64,000 bases of DNA from the NCBI GenBank assembly GCA_963705305.1, contig OY970067.1, positions 1,792,001 to 1,856,000 of the forward strand, read 5' to 3'. Within the stretch, counting starts at the first letter, position 1. Each line of letters opens with the position of its first letter. Of the stretch, positions 1 through 10,751 are shown in pieces. Source of the DNA: an uncultured Methylomirabilota bacterium (GTDB lineage Bacteria > Methylomirabilota > Methylomirabilia > Methylomirabilales > 2-02-FULL-66-22). Under the pieces are notes generated by a model that had not been told where the DNA came from, did no database searches, and was given only the letters and a program-made list of their open reading frames with translations. A program made the position numbers and the translations under genes.

Positions 1-391
1 CATCGGCTGCGGGAAGGAGCTGAAGGCGTGTCGGTCGGCTGGGCAGCCTGCCCGACCAGGCGGCGCACCGGCTGCGATCGGCCGGAGCTGCTGTACAGCG
101 TTTCCCTTCTCATGTCATGCGAGGCTCGTACAACTCACCCGCCGCGGCCTGTCACCCTGGTGGGGGACGACGCCTCCGGCCGGGGCGGGCTGAGGCCCAT
201 CCTTCCCTGCGCCGACCGCGTCGGCCGGAGCCGCGCGCGCATCGGCCGTGGATCCGGACAGGTGGTGGGATGGGAGGAGTCGGGGGGAGTATCCGGTGCT
301 ACGGTGAGGGCGTCAAGGGGAAACATGGCGAGCCGCCGGCGTGCTCCCGCCGGCCCTCCCTGCCAGGGCGCGACCGGCGCGCGCTTTACGG

Positions 392-844
392 CTACCCCGC
401 CAGAAGGGGGGCCGAGCGGCGGTGCGCCACCGCCTGGCAGGCGGCGATGACCTCGCCGGCCTCCGTCCGGACGGTGAGCGCGTAGAATCCGGCCCGGCGG
501 CCCTGGCGCACTTCCTGCGCCTCGGCCACCAGGCGAGCGCCCAGCGGGGCGGGCGCCAGGAACTGAATCGTCACGGAGAGGGCCAGGGCCGCCTGCCCGT
601 GGGCGTTCGACGCCGCGCCAAAGGCGGCATCCGCCAGGCTGAACACGACGCCGCCGTGGGGGACGCCGTGGAAGTTCAGCATGGCGGGCGTCACCCGCAG
701 GCAGGCGCGGGCATACCCCGGCCGGATCTCCTCGAACTCAATGCCCATCCACCGGGCGAAGGGATCCTGCCGGATTTTCGCCGCCGGACCGGCAGCCTCT
801 GCATCCATTGAATCCATGCAACACCTCGTGGGGAGCTCTTCCAC
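392..844 (-). CDS. PaaI/PaaD-like hotdog-fold thioesterase
   Basis: DPFARWMGI..LNFHGVPHGGVVFSLADAAF motif; start uncertain (808 is an alternative). Confidence 0.85.
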   Translation of the reverse strand: MEELPTRCCMDSMDAEAAGPAAKIRQDPFARWMGIEFEEIRPGYARACLRVTPAMLNFHGVPHGGVVFSLADAAFGAASNAHGQAALALSVTIQFLAPAPLGARLVAEAQEVRQGRRAGFYALTVRTEAGEVIAACQAVAHRRSAPLLAG

Positions 845-847
845 GAC

Positions 848-1864
848 TCAGAACTCCACCACGGCCTTGACCACTCCGCGCTCCGGATTCAGCCAGCCCG
901 AAAACTCCTCCACCATCCGGTCGGCCGGCGCGCGGTGGGTGATCCAGGGGGCCAGATCGATCCTCCCCTGCTCCACCGCCTGCAGCGCCCAGGCGAAATC
1001 CTGGGCGGTGGCGTTGCGGCTGCGCAGCAGGGTGAGCTCGCGCCGGTGCAGCTCGGGATCGCGGAAGGTCAGGTCCGCCTGGACGAGGGACACGTAGACG
1101 AGCTTCCCGCCGTTGGCCACGTACTGGACCGCCTGCACCATGGACGCGGGACTCCCGGTGGCGTCGAAGACGGTCGTGGGCAGGTCCCCTCCGAGCAGGG
1201 ACTCCAGCGCCGCCGCCGCCGCCGTCCCCCCGGGCAGGCAGGTCTCCACCCCCAGATGCTTCCGGCAGAATTCGCGCCGCCACTCGCTGATCTCCAGGAC
1301 CAGCACCCGGGCTCCCACCAGCTGGGCGAACCGGATGGTGGAGAGGCCGATCGGCCCCGCCCCGATCACCAGGACGTTCTCCGCCGGCTCCAGCTGGGCG
1401 CGGCGGACGGCATGGGCCCCGATGGTGAGCATCTCCACCAGGGCCAGCTGGTCCAGCGAGAGGCGCACCGAGCGATGCAGCTTGGCCGCGGGCACCCGCA
1501 GCAGCTCCTGCATCCCGCCGTCCTTGTGCACCCCCAGGACTTCCAGGCGCACGCAGCAGTTGGGCTTCCCGCGGCGGCAGGCGATGCAGCGGCCGCAGTT
1601 CAAATAGGGCTCCACCGCGCACCGGTCCCCGGCCGCCAGTCCGGCGTCGTTCGTCCCCATCTCCACGATCTCAACACCCAGCTCGTGGCCGACCACGCGC
1701 GGATACGTGAAGAAGGGCTGGTTGCCCTTGAAGGCGTGCATGTCGCTGCCGCACACGCCCACGCGGCGCACGCGCACCAGCGCCTCCCCCGCGGCCAGGC
1801 CCCGGGGAGGGGGGGCATCGGTCAGCCGGAAGCGTCCCGGCTCTTCCAGCACGATCGTTTTCAT
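848..1864 (-). CDS. Zn-dependent alcohol/sugar-acid dehydrogenase (L-galactonate dehydrogenase-like)
   Basis: GVCGSD, GHE, CGRCIAC..NCC zinc motifs; GAGPIG Rossmann motif. Confidence 0.9.
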   Translation of the reverse strand: MKTIVLEEPGRFRLTDAPPPRGLAAGEALVRVRRVGVCGSDMHAFKGNQPFFTYPRVVGHELGVEIVEMGTNDAGLAAGDRCAVEPYLNCGRCIACRRGKPNCCVRLEVLGVHKDGGMQELLRVPAAKLHRSVRLSLDQLALVEMLTIGAHAVRRAQLEPAENVLVIGAGPIGLSTIRFAQLVGARVLVLEISEWRREFCRKHLGVETCLPGGTAAAAALESLLGGDLPTTVFDATGSPASMVQAVQYVANGGKLVYVSLVQADLTFRDPELHRRELTLLRSRNATAQDFAWALQAVEQGRIDLAPWITHRAPADRMVEEFSGWLNPERGVVKAVVEF

Positions 1865-2005
1865 GGGCAGTCCTTCGAAAATATGGGCAGGCCCCTGCCT
1901 GCATCCTCCCGGATTCAGCGCCCCCACGATCCCACCGCCGGCCGGATCTCTACGCACGGGCGCGGGGCCGGGAGGCCCCGCCGCGGGGTGCGGATGCCGA
2001 TACGC

Positions 2006-2317
2006 CTAGCGCGACGACAACCGCTCGCGCTCGCGCTCCAAGGCTTCCTTCCCCGCCTGGACGGCGGCCGAGAGAATCGTCTTCTTCTCCTCGTAGACCT
2101 CCCGTCCCCGCTCCAAGGCATCCTCGGCCTTATCCCGAATCTCATCGGAGAAATCGATGGTCTTGTCGCGCACGTCGGCAGCCAAGTCCCGCAACCGCTC
2201 CCGCGTCCGTCGTCCGGACTCGGGGGCGTACAGAAATGCCAGACAGGCCCCCAGCGCTCCGCCCAGGATGAAGCCCAACGCGACCGCCGCACCGGAATAG
2301 CCGCGCTCCTCACTCAT
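2006..2317 (-). CDS. YtxH domain-containing protein
   Basis: GFILGGALGA..LYAPESGRRTR motif followed by a coiled coil. Confidence 0.85.
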   Translation of the reverse strand: MSEERGYSGAAVALGFILGGALGACLAFLYAPESGRRTRERLRDLAADVRDKTIDFSDEIRDKAEDALERGREVYEEKKTILSAAVQAGKEALERERERLSSR

Positions 2318-2723
2318 GGTCTTTCCCTCCTTTGTGCCGCCCCTTCTGCATATGCCACAGCGCCTTGGCGCCGGCCCGCAGGCCGGCGATGAGGCTGGCC
2401 ACCGGAATCATCCTGGAGCCGAAGACGCTGCGGAGGACACCGGTGGTCACCCGGATGTTCTCCCCGGCCTCTTCCAAGGCCGTCAAGGGCCGCTGCAGCC
2501 GCGCCGTGGCGTCGGAGACGCCGCGGGCGACCTGGCCCAGATTGCGGACGGCTTCTCGCGCCTCCAGGATAGCCGGCTTGAGCTCCATCTCCAGGGACCG
2601 GATGAACTCCTGCAGCCGCCACGAGACGTGCCGGAGCTCCAGCATGACCAGGATCAGCAACAGCGTCCAGAGCACGCTCACCGCGGCCAGAACCACCAGG
2701 GCAGCGGAGCCGAGGTTGCTCAT
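2310..2723 (-). CDS. DUF948-like membrane-anchored coiled-coil protein
   Basis: N-terminal TM helix and coiled coil; overlaps ytxH, the usual pairing. Confidence 0.65.
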   Translation of the reverse strand: MSNLGSAALVVLAAVSVLWTLLLILVMLELRHVSWRLQEFIRSLEMELKPAILEAREAVRNLGQVARGVSDATARLQRPLTALEEAGENIRVTTGVLRSVFGSRMIPVASLIAGLRAGAKALWHMQKGRHKGGKDHE

Positions 2724-2794
2724 CGTCGCACCACCCCTTCCTCTCGAAGCCCGGCCGCGCCCGCCTCCGGCGGCAGGCCCAGCCGGCCACAGCC

Positions 2795-3433
2795 TCACGC
2801 GCGCTTACGAAGTTCGCTCAGGCGATCGAACAGCTTCATCAGCTCCGCCAGCGGCTGGCCCCGCCGCAGCCGGCGCTCGACGGCCGCCTCGTTCCGGAGG
2901 ATCGTCAGGGCGCGGGCCGTCACCTCGCGGAGCCGCGCGCCGCTGAAGACGACCACGCCATCCTCGTCCCCGTGGACGATGTCCCCCGGCTGGACTGATG
3001 CGCCGCCGCAGATGATGGGAACTTGCGTCTCGACCAGCCGCTCCGCCGTGCCAATGCGCGGCGTGGCCGCTCGCGCGAAGACCGGCAGGCCGGTGGCGTC
3101 CAACTCTCGCAGGTCCCGCACGGCCCCATCCACGACGAAGCCGCGCACCCCCTTTCGCCGGGCCTCGATGGCCATGAGGTTGCCGACCAGCGCCGCCTCC
3201 AGCATTCCCCCGCCGTCCACCACTAGCACCTCGCCCTCGCGGGCCTCGGCCAGGGATTTCAGGAGGCTGAGGTTGTCGCCGGGGAAGCAGCGAACCGTAT
3301 GGGCCACGCCGATCAGGCGCGCTGCCGAGGTCATCGGCTTGATGGCGGACACCATGGTGCCCAATCGGCCCAGGGCATCCGACAGCACCGCGGTCGGGAT
3401 GCGGGCGACGCGACGGATCGGATCACGGGCCAT
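2795..3433 (-). CDS. RraA/HMG aldolase family protein
   Basis: LSDAL, GDNL, VLVVDGGG, VVDGAVRD, VQPGDIVHGDEDGVV. Confidence 0.9.
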   Translation of the reverse strand: MARDPIRRVARIPTAVLSDALGRLGTMVSAIKPMTSAARLIGVAHTVRCFPGDNLSLLKSLAEAREGEVLVVDGGGMLEAALVGNLMAIEARRKGVRGFVVDGAVRDLRELDATGLPVFARAATPRIGTAERLVETQVPIICGGASVQPGDIVHGDEDGVVVFSGARLREVTARALTILRNEAAVERRLRRGQPLAELMKLFDRLSELRKRA

Positions 3434-3535
3434 CGTCTGCCTCCGCCCCCTCGGAATTCCCGGCCAATGACAGCCCGCGGCCCGGGCGGCGCGCACCCGC
3501 CGTCCGAGATCGCCCCCCGGGCCGGCAGCGACCGC

Positions 3536-4327
3536 TCACGGCAGAATGGCAAACACGCGCGCCGGCGCGCACTCCGCCTCGACGCGAACCGGGGCCACCA
3601 CCAGCTTGGCCCCCTTGGCCGGCAGACGCTCCAAGTTGGTCAAGTTCTCCAGCACCCACACACCGGCCGGACCGGGGACGATCGTCCCGCCATCCGGGCC
3701 GGCGGGCTCCCGGGGAACGAACGCGTCCAGACCGAGTCCGCGGACCTCGCGCTGCGCTGCCAGGAACGCCGCGCTCTCGGGAGAGAAGCCCGGCACCTCG
3801 GGACTGCCCTGGGAGTCCCGGTTGAGGTAACGGGTCGGGTTGATCCAGACCCGGTCCCACCCGGTCCGCAGGAGGACCGCACTCTGCCCGGGGATGCGTC
3901 CGTTGCTGCGCTCCCACGCGTTCAGATCGCCGATGGTGAGGCGATAGCCGGCGGTTTCTGCCACTCGGGCCGAGATATCCACCACCACAGCCCGCACCAG
4001 CAGATCGCGAACGGGGATGCTCGCCACGCTCATGCGGACGCGCCGCGCATCCTCCAGCACCGTCATTCGGGTACCAAAATCGTCTAGGCAGGAGGCGGGC
4101 GGGGCCGCGCTGCCGGTCTCCGCCACGGCCTCGCCGTCCTCGGGCCGGTGTCGCGGCGCATTGGCGGCGGAAGGCGCGGCCGCTGTGCGGTGGCTCAGAT
4201 CGACGATCGTCGACTTGCCCAGCATGGCCCGCTCGAGGGCCCCTGCCCACACGATGGCCGGCAGCAAGAGGAGCCAGGCCGCCACCAGGGCTGCCGGCAC
4301 ACCCATCCATCCGCGCCAACGATGCAT
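3536..4327 (-). CDS. Cyclase/kynurenine formamidase-fold protein with signal peptide and degenerate metal motif
   Basis: IVDLSH, AVVVDIS, VLLRTGW, LENLTNLERLP; HxGTHxD absent. Confidence 0.7.
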   Translation of the reverse strand: MHRWRGWMGVPAALVAAWLLLLPAIVWAGALERAMLGKSTIVDLSHRTAAAPSAANAPRHRPEDGEAVAETGSAAPPASCLDDFGTRMTVLEDARRVRMSVASIPVRDLLVRAVVVDISARVAETAGYRLTIGDLNAWERSNGRIPGQSAVLLRTGWDRVWINPTRYLNRDSQGSPEVPGFSPESAAFLAAQREVRGLGLDAFVPREPAGPDGGTIVPGPAGVWVLENLTNLERLPAKGAKLVVAPVRVEAECAPARVFAILP

Positions 4328-4631
4328 GTATGCCGCCTTGAACAAAAAATCAGGGCTCAAGCCCTGACTCCCCCATTGTCCCCTGCTTCGACCCCCCGGT
4401 ATCGCCTCTGCGGGGTACCTTTTTTGGACCATATCACACGCTTAAGTGCCTGTCAATGCAGAGGCGATCGGCCTGGTCTCTGCCGGACCATCCGGACCGC
4501 CCCAAACGATCAGGAACAGGGAGGGCGGCGGAGGCCTGGGGTCGCCCGCGGACGGATTGACGACGCCGTTCCCGTCGGCTAAGCTCGGCTCAGCTTTGAT
4601 GGATTCGCTATCACCCAAGGAGGCACCCGCC

Positions 4632-4790
4632 ATGGAAGACAAGGAGGAAGAGACGCAGCCCGTCCACGATTACCGCTTCTGTCCCTACTGCTACCAGCAC
4701 CAGGTCGACCTGGTCGGGGTCCGCGGCGAGACCGCCTACTGTGAGATCTGTGGAATCGACATCGACGTGAAGGAGTGGGTGAAGTACTGA
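4632..4790 (+). CDS. Small zinc-ribbon protein (52 aa)
   Basis: AAGGAGG RBS; CPYC and CEIC pairs. Confidence 0.6.
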   Translation: MEDKEEETQPVHDYRFCPYCYQHQVDLVGVRGETAYCEICGIDIDVKEWVKY

Positions 4791-5137
4791 TCCCCCACGC
4801 CCCGGCGACCCCTTCCCGGTCTCGCTGGATTCTCGCGCCGGCTCCCGGCCGGTAACGTCGCCGGATGGTCGATCTCCCTGGGCGCCGACCGACCCGGCTC
4901 CGCTTCCCCCCTTTCGCCAACTCTGCAAGGACCCGAACCTGACCTTTTGGCGAGGCTGCGGACCGAGGACTGTCCCGCTCCTGTATCGGTGAAACCTATT
5001 TGATCCATCCGCGTTGCTGTGGTATCCATGACACGGCTCTCGTTCCCCGCACCCGCGGGGGAGCCGGCTATGCCGAGCGCGGCACTCGCAGGGAAGAGCG
5101 GGCACGGACGGCAACGGGAGCGAATGCGAGGAGACCC

Positions 5138-6220
5138 ATGCCTTCCACCGACGAGCGCCTGGCCCGATCGGGCAGAGACATCCGACTCACCGAGTACGCG
5201 TCCTGCGCGGGCTGAGCGTCCAAGATGGGTCCGGCGGACCTGCACGAGGTACTGGAGGGACTGACCGCGCCCGGCCACCCCGATCTCCTGGTGGGCCTGG
5301 AGCGGAGCGACGACGCCGCCGTGTACCGCCTGAACGCGGAACAGGCCGTCATCCAGACGGTGGATTTCTTCCCGCCCATCGTGGACGATCCGTACACCTA
5401 CGGAGCCGTGGCGGCCGCCAACTCTATGAGCAACGTCTATGCCATGGGCGGCAGGGTCCTGCTGGCGCTGAATGTGGCGGGGTTCCCGCGGGAGTTTCCC
5501 CGCTCCGCCATCAGCCGGATTTTCCAGGGGGGCGCCGACAAGGTGGCGGAGGCGGGGGCGGTCGTCGCCGGGGGCCACACGGTGGTGGACAAGGAGCCGA
5601 AGTACGGCCTCTGCGTCACCGGGCTGGTGCACCCCGCGCGGATCATGATCAAAGGCGGCCTCCGGCCGGGTCACCGCATCTTCCTCAGCAAGCCGTTGGG
5701 CACCGGCGTGATCACCACGGCCGCCAAGGGCGGCCGGGCGGAGACGGTCCACATCGACGGGGCCGTTCAAAGTATGAGCCGGCTGAACCGCGGCGCCGCC
5801 GACCTCCTCCAGACCCTGGAGGTCCTGGGATGCACCGATGTCACCGGCTTCGGCCTCCTCGGACACGGGCATGAGATGATCCAGGCCAGCCGCTGCGGCA
5901 TGCGCATCCGGGCGGAGGCGGTTCCGCTGCTGCCCGGGGCCCGGCGGTATGCCGCCAAAGGCTGCTTTGCCGGCGGACTGGGCCGCAACCGGTCGTTCCT
6001 GGAGGACTGCGCACGGGCAGGCCGTCTCACGCTCCACATCGAGCCCGCCGTCCCTCAGGAGCTGGCGGATCTTCTGTTCGATTCCGAAACCTCGGGCGGA
6101 CTCCTCTTCTCCATTCCTGACGAGCTGGCCGGGCACCTTGTGGAGCACTTCCGGACCGCGGGCGAGGCGGTCTGGGAGATCGGAGAGGTCATCCCGGAGA
6201 TGGCCATCCAGATCGTCTGA
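5138..6220 (+). CDS. selD: Selenide, water dikinase; selenoprotein with in-frame UGA at 5213-5215
   Basis: GAGGAG RBS, IRLTEYASCAG-TGA-ASKMGP continues in frame into DDAAVY, QTVDFFPPIVDDP, GGHT, TDVTGFGLLGH, ETSGGLL. Confidence 0.93.
5227..5241 (+). promoter_or_regulatory. Putative bacterial SECIS hairpin
   Basis: GGTCC-GGC-GGACC stem-loop starting about 12 nt after the UGA. Confidence 0.55.
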
Positions 6221-6323
6221 TCCCCGGCGGTCGGCCGGCCATTTCCCGCCGTCCCGCAGACCTTCCCGGTACACTCCCACTCCCCGAGGCCGGGCGCCTT
6301 GGCCTCGGGGAGCCCCGCGAACG

Positions 6324-7843
6324 CCCTAATCTCCGGCTAAGAAGTTGAGGGGGATCGCGAATCACGCAGCGGCCCGCAGTGCGCGCGGCCCGCGGGGTTG
6401 GCATCGGCCTTGCTTGGTTTCACCCAGTGGGTGCAAACACCACAAGGAGGAGAGCGATGCCCGACACCTCGCCCCGGTTGCCGTTCGAGATCGATGACGC
6501 GATCGACCCCACGCTGGTCACGGGCCGGGCCGGGGTCCCGCTCGTGATCGAGCTGTTCCGCCAGCTCGGGGTGGCCCAGGCCGTCGACACCCACGTTGCG
6601 GTCAAGCAGCGGCAGCGCGGATTACCCCCCTCGCAGCTCGTGGAGAGTCTCGTCGCGTTGTGGACGAGCGGCGGGGACCGCTGCCAGGACCTCACGACGC
6701 TCCGGGAGGATCAGGCCCTGGCCACGCTGCTCGGCTACCCCCTGCCGGCCGCGACCACGGTCCGGGACTTCCTCGAGGCCTTCCACGTGGAGGACGGGCC
6801 GCTCTGGGTGGCCGGGCCCGCGGCCACGGTCCCCCTGGAGTCCGCCCCCTTGGCGGGCCTCGGACAGGCGAACCGGACGCTGGTCGCGGGCGTCCAGCGC
6901 GGGGCCCGGGCGGCGACGGCCACCCTGGATGTGGACGCGACGCTCGTCGAGAGCCACAAGGACGCGGCGACCGTGGCCTACGACGGGACCCGGGGCTACC
7001 AGCCCGTCGTGGTCCTCTGGGCCGAGCACGATGTCATCGTGCACGACCAGTTCCGCGATGGCCAGGTGCCCGCCGGGTGCGGCAACGTGCGCGTCCTCGA
7101 ACAGGCGGTGGCCAACTTGCCCCAGGGCGTGGACCGCATCTCCCTGCGGGCCGACAGCGCCCTCTACGAGACGGAGGTCCTCCGCTGGTGCGAGGAGAAG
7201 AAAATCGCCTACGCGATTAGCGCCGATATGTCCGCGCAGCTCCAGGCCGAGATCCGGCGCCTCCCCGCGGCCGCCTGGCAGCTCGAGCGGGAGGAGCCCG
7301 AGGCGATCCGGGCCTGGGCCGAAGTCCCCTACGTCCCCGAGGATGGCGATCACCGGAAGGCGCGGCCGTGCGTTCGCCGCTACCTCGCGGTGCGTATCCA
7401 GCGACGCCAGGGGAGCCTCTTCGCCGACGGGAGTAGCGTGCAGTACTTCGCCGTGGTCACCAATCGGCCGGAGGATGGGCTCACGATCCTCCGGTGGCAC
7501 CGGGAGAAAGCAGGGACCATCGAGCACACCCATCACGTCCTCAAGACCGAGCTGGCGGCCGCCGCGCTGCCCAGTGGGAAGTTCGGGGCGAACGCCGCCT
7601 GGTTCCGGCTGAACGTGCTCACCTACAACCTGCTCACCGCGCTCAAGCGGTTGACCTTACCCGGAGATCTCCGGACCGCCCGGCCGAAGCGTCTCCGGTT
7701 CCTGCTGTTCAACACCGTCGGGAAGGTCGTCGCGCATGCCCGACGGACGCTCTTGCGGCTCTCGGGCGCCCTGCAGCACGCCTTGCTCGTCCGGGCGCGG
7801 CGCAAGATCGCCCGGCTGGCCACCGCTTAGCCGGAGATTAGGG
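6324..7843 (+). mobile_element. IS1380-family insertion sequence, complete
   Basis: Perfect 18-bp TIR CCCTAATCTCCGGCTAAG; 5-bp TSD GAACG at 6319-6323 and 7844-7848. Confidence 0.93.
6457..7830 (+). CDS. IS1380-family DDE transposase
   Basis: TLDVDAT, LRADSA, TIEHTHHVLK, KFGANAAW; AGGAGG RBS. Confidence 0.92.
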   Translation: MPDTSPRLPFEIDDAIDPTLVTGRAGVPLVIELFRQLGVAQAVDTHVAVKQRQRGLPPSQLVESLVALWTSGGDRCQDLTTLREDQALATLLGYPLPAATTVRDFLEAFHVEDGPLWVAGPAATVPLESAPLAGLGQANRTLVAGVQRGARAATATLDVDATLVESHKDAATVAYDGTRGYQPVVVLWAEHDVIVHDQFRDGQVPAGCGNVRVLEQAVANLPQGVDRISLRADSALYETEVLRWCEEKKIAYAISADMSAQLQAEIRRLPAAAWQLEREEPEAIRAWAEVPYVPEDGDHRKARPCVRRYLAVRIQRRQGSLFADGSSVQYFAVVTNRPEDGLTILRWHREKAGTIEHTHHVLKTELAAAALPSGKFGANAAWFRLNVLTYNLLTALKRLTLPGDLRTARPKRLRFLLFNTVGKVVAHARRTLLRLSGALQHALLVRARRKIARLATA

Positions 7844-7933
7844 GAACGCCTCCGGTCTTTCCATTGCTGCTCTTCTGGAGTACACTACGGCGGTTCGGCC
7901 CTACACACTCACACGCCGACCGGGTGACGAAGC

Positions 7934-8779
7934 ATGGACGACCCAAAGGTCATGTCGCTGATAGAGCACCTCACCGAGCTGCGGTCGCGTCTTTTTTACT
8001 GCCTCTTGGCCGTCCTCGTCGGCTCGGGCGTGGCCTGGCATTTCTCGGGCGACCTCCTCAACTTCGTGGAGCGGCCCCTCACCGGGCATACCTACCTCAC
8101 GGAGATCAAGCAGGACGTCTACCAGGTCGTGAAGCGGCGGTTCCCCGCCCTCTACGATCGCTTCAAGTTGGGCGAGGATGCCGCCCTCATCAATCCCGAG
8201 GACCGGAAACTGAACTACAGCGCTCCCCTGGAGCCCTTTTTCATTCAGGTCAAGATCTCCATGCTGGCGGGCATCATGCTGGCCCTTCCCGTCATCCTCT
8301 ACCAGATGTGGGCCTTCGTCGGCCCCGGGCTCACCAACAAGGAAAGGCGCATGGTCGGTCCGTTCATTGTGGCGGGCACCTTCAGCTTCTTCCTGGGAGC
8401 CGCGTTCTTCCTGGTGCTGATCTGGCCGGTGATTATCAACTTCTCCCTCTCCTACGAGTCGGTGTCCCTGCGGAGTTGGTTCAACCTCACGGCCTACATC
8501 AACTTCTGCCTCCGCCTGATCTTGATCTTCGGCCTGGTCTTCGAGCTGCCCATCGTCTCTGCCGTCCTGGCCCGCATGGGCCTGGTGACCGCCAGCTTCC
8601 TAGCCCGGCAGCGAAAGTTCGCCGTGCTGGCCAGCGCCATCATCGCCGCCTTCCACGCCGATCTCATCACCATGTTCGTGGTCTGGCTTCCGCTGTACCT
8701 GATGTACGAGGTGAGCATCTGGATGGCCCGCATCTTCGGACGCCGCCGCAAGGCCGCCGAGGCAGTCTCCTCGGCCTGA
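7934..8779 (+). CDS. tatC: Twin-arginine translocase subunit TatC
   Basis: MSLIEHLTELRSRL, YQMWAFVGPGL, FGLVFELP, LMYEVSI. Confidence 0.95.
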   Translation: MDDPKVMSLIEHLTELRSRLFYCLLAVLVGSGVAWHFSGDLLNFVERPLTGHTYLTEIKQDVYQVVKRRFPALYDRFKLGEDAALINPEDRKLNYSAPLEPFFIQVKISMLAGIMLALPVILYQMWAFVGPGLTNKERRMVGPFIVAGTFSFFLGAAFFLVLIWPVIINFSLSYESVSLRSWFNLTAYINFCLRLILIFGLVFELPIVSAVLARMGLVTASFLARQRKFAVLASAIIAAFHADLITMFVVWLPLYLMYEVSIWMARIFGRRRKAAEAVSSA

Positions 8780-8828
8780 CGCCCGCCGGTCGGGCCGAGC
8801 CTCGCCACGCCCGAGGGGCCGGTCCGCC

Positions 8829-10358
8829 CTATCTCTCCCGCCCCGCCAGCTCTTCCATCGCCGCACGGATTCCCGCCCCCAGGATGCGCGTCAGGTGGCG
8901 GGTCACCGCGTCCGCCAGCCCCGGCTGCGCCGTCAGGTCCTGGCCCCAGAGCGCCGGCTGCGCCAGCAGGCCTCGCACCAGGGCCTGGGAATCGCGCGAC
9001 CTGTCGAAGGCCGCCCAGGCTTCCGAGAAGGCGGCCAGGACGGGGGCGTCGTCCCGGATGGGATAGAGCGCGCCGTCCCGCGAGCCGAGCAGCGCTCCCT
9101 CGCGGATTTCCGTCCCCCGATAGAAGACCAGCAGGCCGGCCAGCGAGAACGCCAGGCGATCCGGCCAGGCACCGAATCGCCGCTGGTAGTCCAACAGGCT
9201 GGGCAGCACGCGAACTCGGAATTTGGAGACCGAGTTCAGACAGATGCTGAGCAACTCGTGCCGGATATACGGGTTGCCGAACCGCTCCAGGACGGCCTCG
9301 GCGAAGGGGCGGGTCTCCTCCTCCGGCAGGGGGACCACCGGCACGATCTCCTCGAACAGGCCGACCCGCAGAAATGCTCGGACGACCGGGTCCTCCACCA
9401 GGTCGCGCATGGTGTTCAGGCCGGCAAGGTAGGCGGCCAGCGACGTCATGGTATGCACGCCGTTGAGGATGCGGACCTTGCGGTCCCGGTACGGTTTCAG
9501 CGCGTCCGTCCAGACGACATCCAGCCCGGCCTTCTGGAACGGCAGCTCCTCGGCCAGGCGCCGGTCTCCCTCGATGACCCACAGGTGGAACAGCTCGCCG
9601 GCCACCAGCAGCCGGTCCTCGTACCCGAGGCTGGCGGTCAGCGCGGCGATCTCCTCCCGCGGGTAGCCGGGGACGATGCGGTCCACCAGCGTGTTCAGGA
9701 AGTGGTTGGCGCCGTGTACCCAGGCGGCGAACCCCGGCCCCGCGCCCCAGGCCTCGGCGTGCTGCAGCACGATCCGCTTCAGCGTGTCCCCGTTCCGGTC
9801 GATCAGCTCGCAGGGAAGGACGATCAGGCCGGCCTCCGGAGCGCCGGCGAATGCCCGAAAGCGCTCCCACAGAAGGGCGGCGACCTTAGCCGGGAACGTG
9901 GCGGGCGAGCCACCGTCCGGTCGCGGCTCCGGGGCGTAGGCGATGCCGGCCTCGGTGGTGTTGGAGACCAGGAAGCGCAGCGTGGGGTTGCGGGCGCAGG
10001 CCAGGAACCCCTGCCAGTCCGCGTAGGGGTTGAGTCCCCGCGAGATGGCGGTGATCAGCTGCCGGCGCTCCACGGGCCGTCCGTCCTGGATCCCGCGCAG
10101 GAGGAGCGTGTACAGGCCGTCCTGCTCGTTCAGCTCCGACACCCGGCCCTGCGGGATCGGCTGGACGACCACCACCCGGCCGGAAAACAGGTCGCGGCGG
10201 TGCAGCGCATCCACCATCCAATCCACGAAGCCCCGCAGGAAATTCCCCTCGCCGAACTGCAGGATTCGCTCGGGCATGGCGGCGAGGCTGCCGACTTCCA
10301 CCCTGGCAGATACGTCCCGATGATGTTCCAGAAGCCACCGGCGGGTGATCCGGTCCAT
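8829..10358 (-). CDS. uxaB: Tagaturonate reductase (altronate oxidoreductase)
   Basis: ILQFGEGNFLRGF, SNTTEAGI, PCELIDRNG, NTLVDRIVPGYP, KVRILNG. Confidence 0.92.
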   Translation of the reverse strand: MDRITRRWLLEHHRDVSARVEVGSLAAMPERILQFGEGNFLRGFVDWMVDALHRRDLFSGRVVVVQPIPQGRVSELNEQDGLYTLLLRGIQDGRPVERRQLITAISRGLNPYADWQGFLACARNPTLRFLVSNTTEAGIAYAPEPRPDGGSPATFPAKVAALLWERFRAFAGAPEAGLIVLPCELIDRNGDTLKRIVLQHAEAWGAGPGFAAWVHGANHFLNTLVDRIVPGYPREEIAALTASLGYEDRLLVAGELFHLWVIEGDRRLAEELPFQKAGLDVVWTDALKPYRDRKVRILNGVHTMTSLAAYLAGLNTMRDLVEDPVVRAFLRVGLFEEIVPVVPLPEEETRPFAEAVLERFGNPYIRHELLSICLNSVSKFRVRVLPSLLDYQRRFGAWPDRLAFSLAGLLVFYRGTEIREGALLGSRDGALYPIRDDAPVLAAFSEAWAAFDRSRDSQALVRGLLAQPALWGQDLTAQPGLADAVTRHLTRILGAGIRAAMEELAGRER

Positions 10359-10372
10359 GGGCAGGTCCCCAC

Positions 10373-10436
10373 GCCCCTTTCAATTTCGAAATTCGGACTT
10401 CGAAATTCGAATTTTTTCCTCGGCGTCTTGGCGGTG
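10373..10436 (+). repeat. Intergenic heptamer-rich (TTCGAAA-like) repeat unit, copy 1
   Basis: Near-identical to the reverse complement of 11391-11453. Confidence 0.85.
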
Positions 10437-10751
10437 GGATGTTCTCGGGATGGGCTTAGTACTCCTGGCCGTAATTGCGGCGACGTATCCCGGTCCCCCG
10501 GGCCGCCCCTCGGACGCTTGGCGCCTGCACCCACCCTGCGGGCGGGTACCCGATGCCGGCTCTCCCTGCACCCAGCCTACTCGGCCGGGTACCCGGGGTC
10601 GGCCACCAAAAAACGGTGGCCTCCGGGCCGGACCCGGGCTCGCCGGGTACCCATCCGGAGGATGGGTGTGGCGCGGCGTCTCGGGTCGGCCCAGGGGACC
10701 GGGAGGTTAAGCGGTCAATGGATACGTCGTGGAATTTAGGCCGCTAAGCAC

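Noticed and set aside
5225..6220. selD as an N-terminally truncated gene or pseudogene
   Set aside because: The upstream in-frame segment with RBS and a UGA at the catalytic position fits Sec recoding
10381..10412. CRISPR-like repeats
   Set aside because: Short tandem heptamers with no spacers; no cas genes in the window
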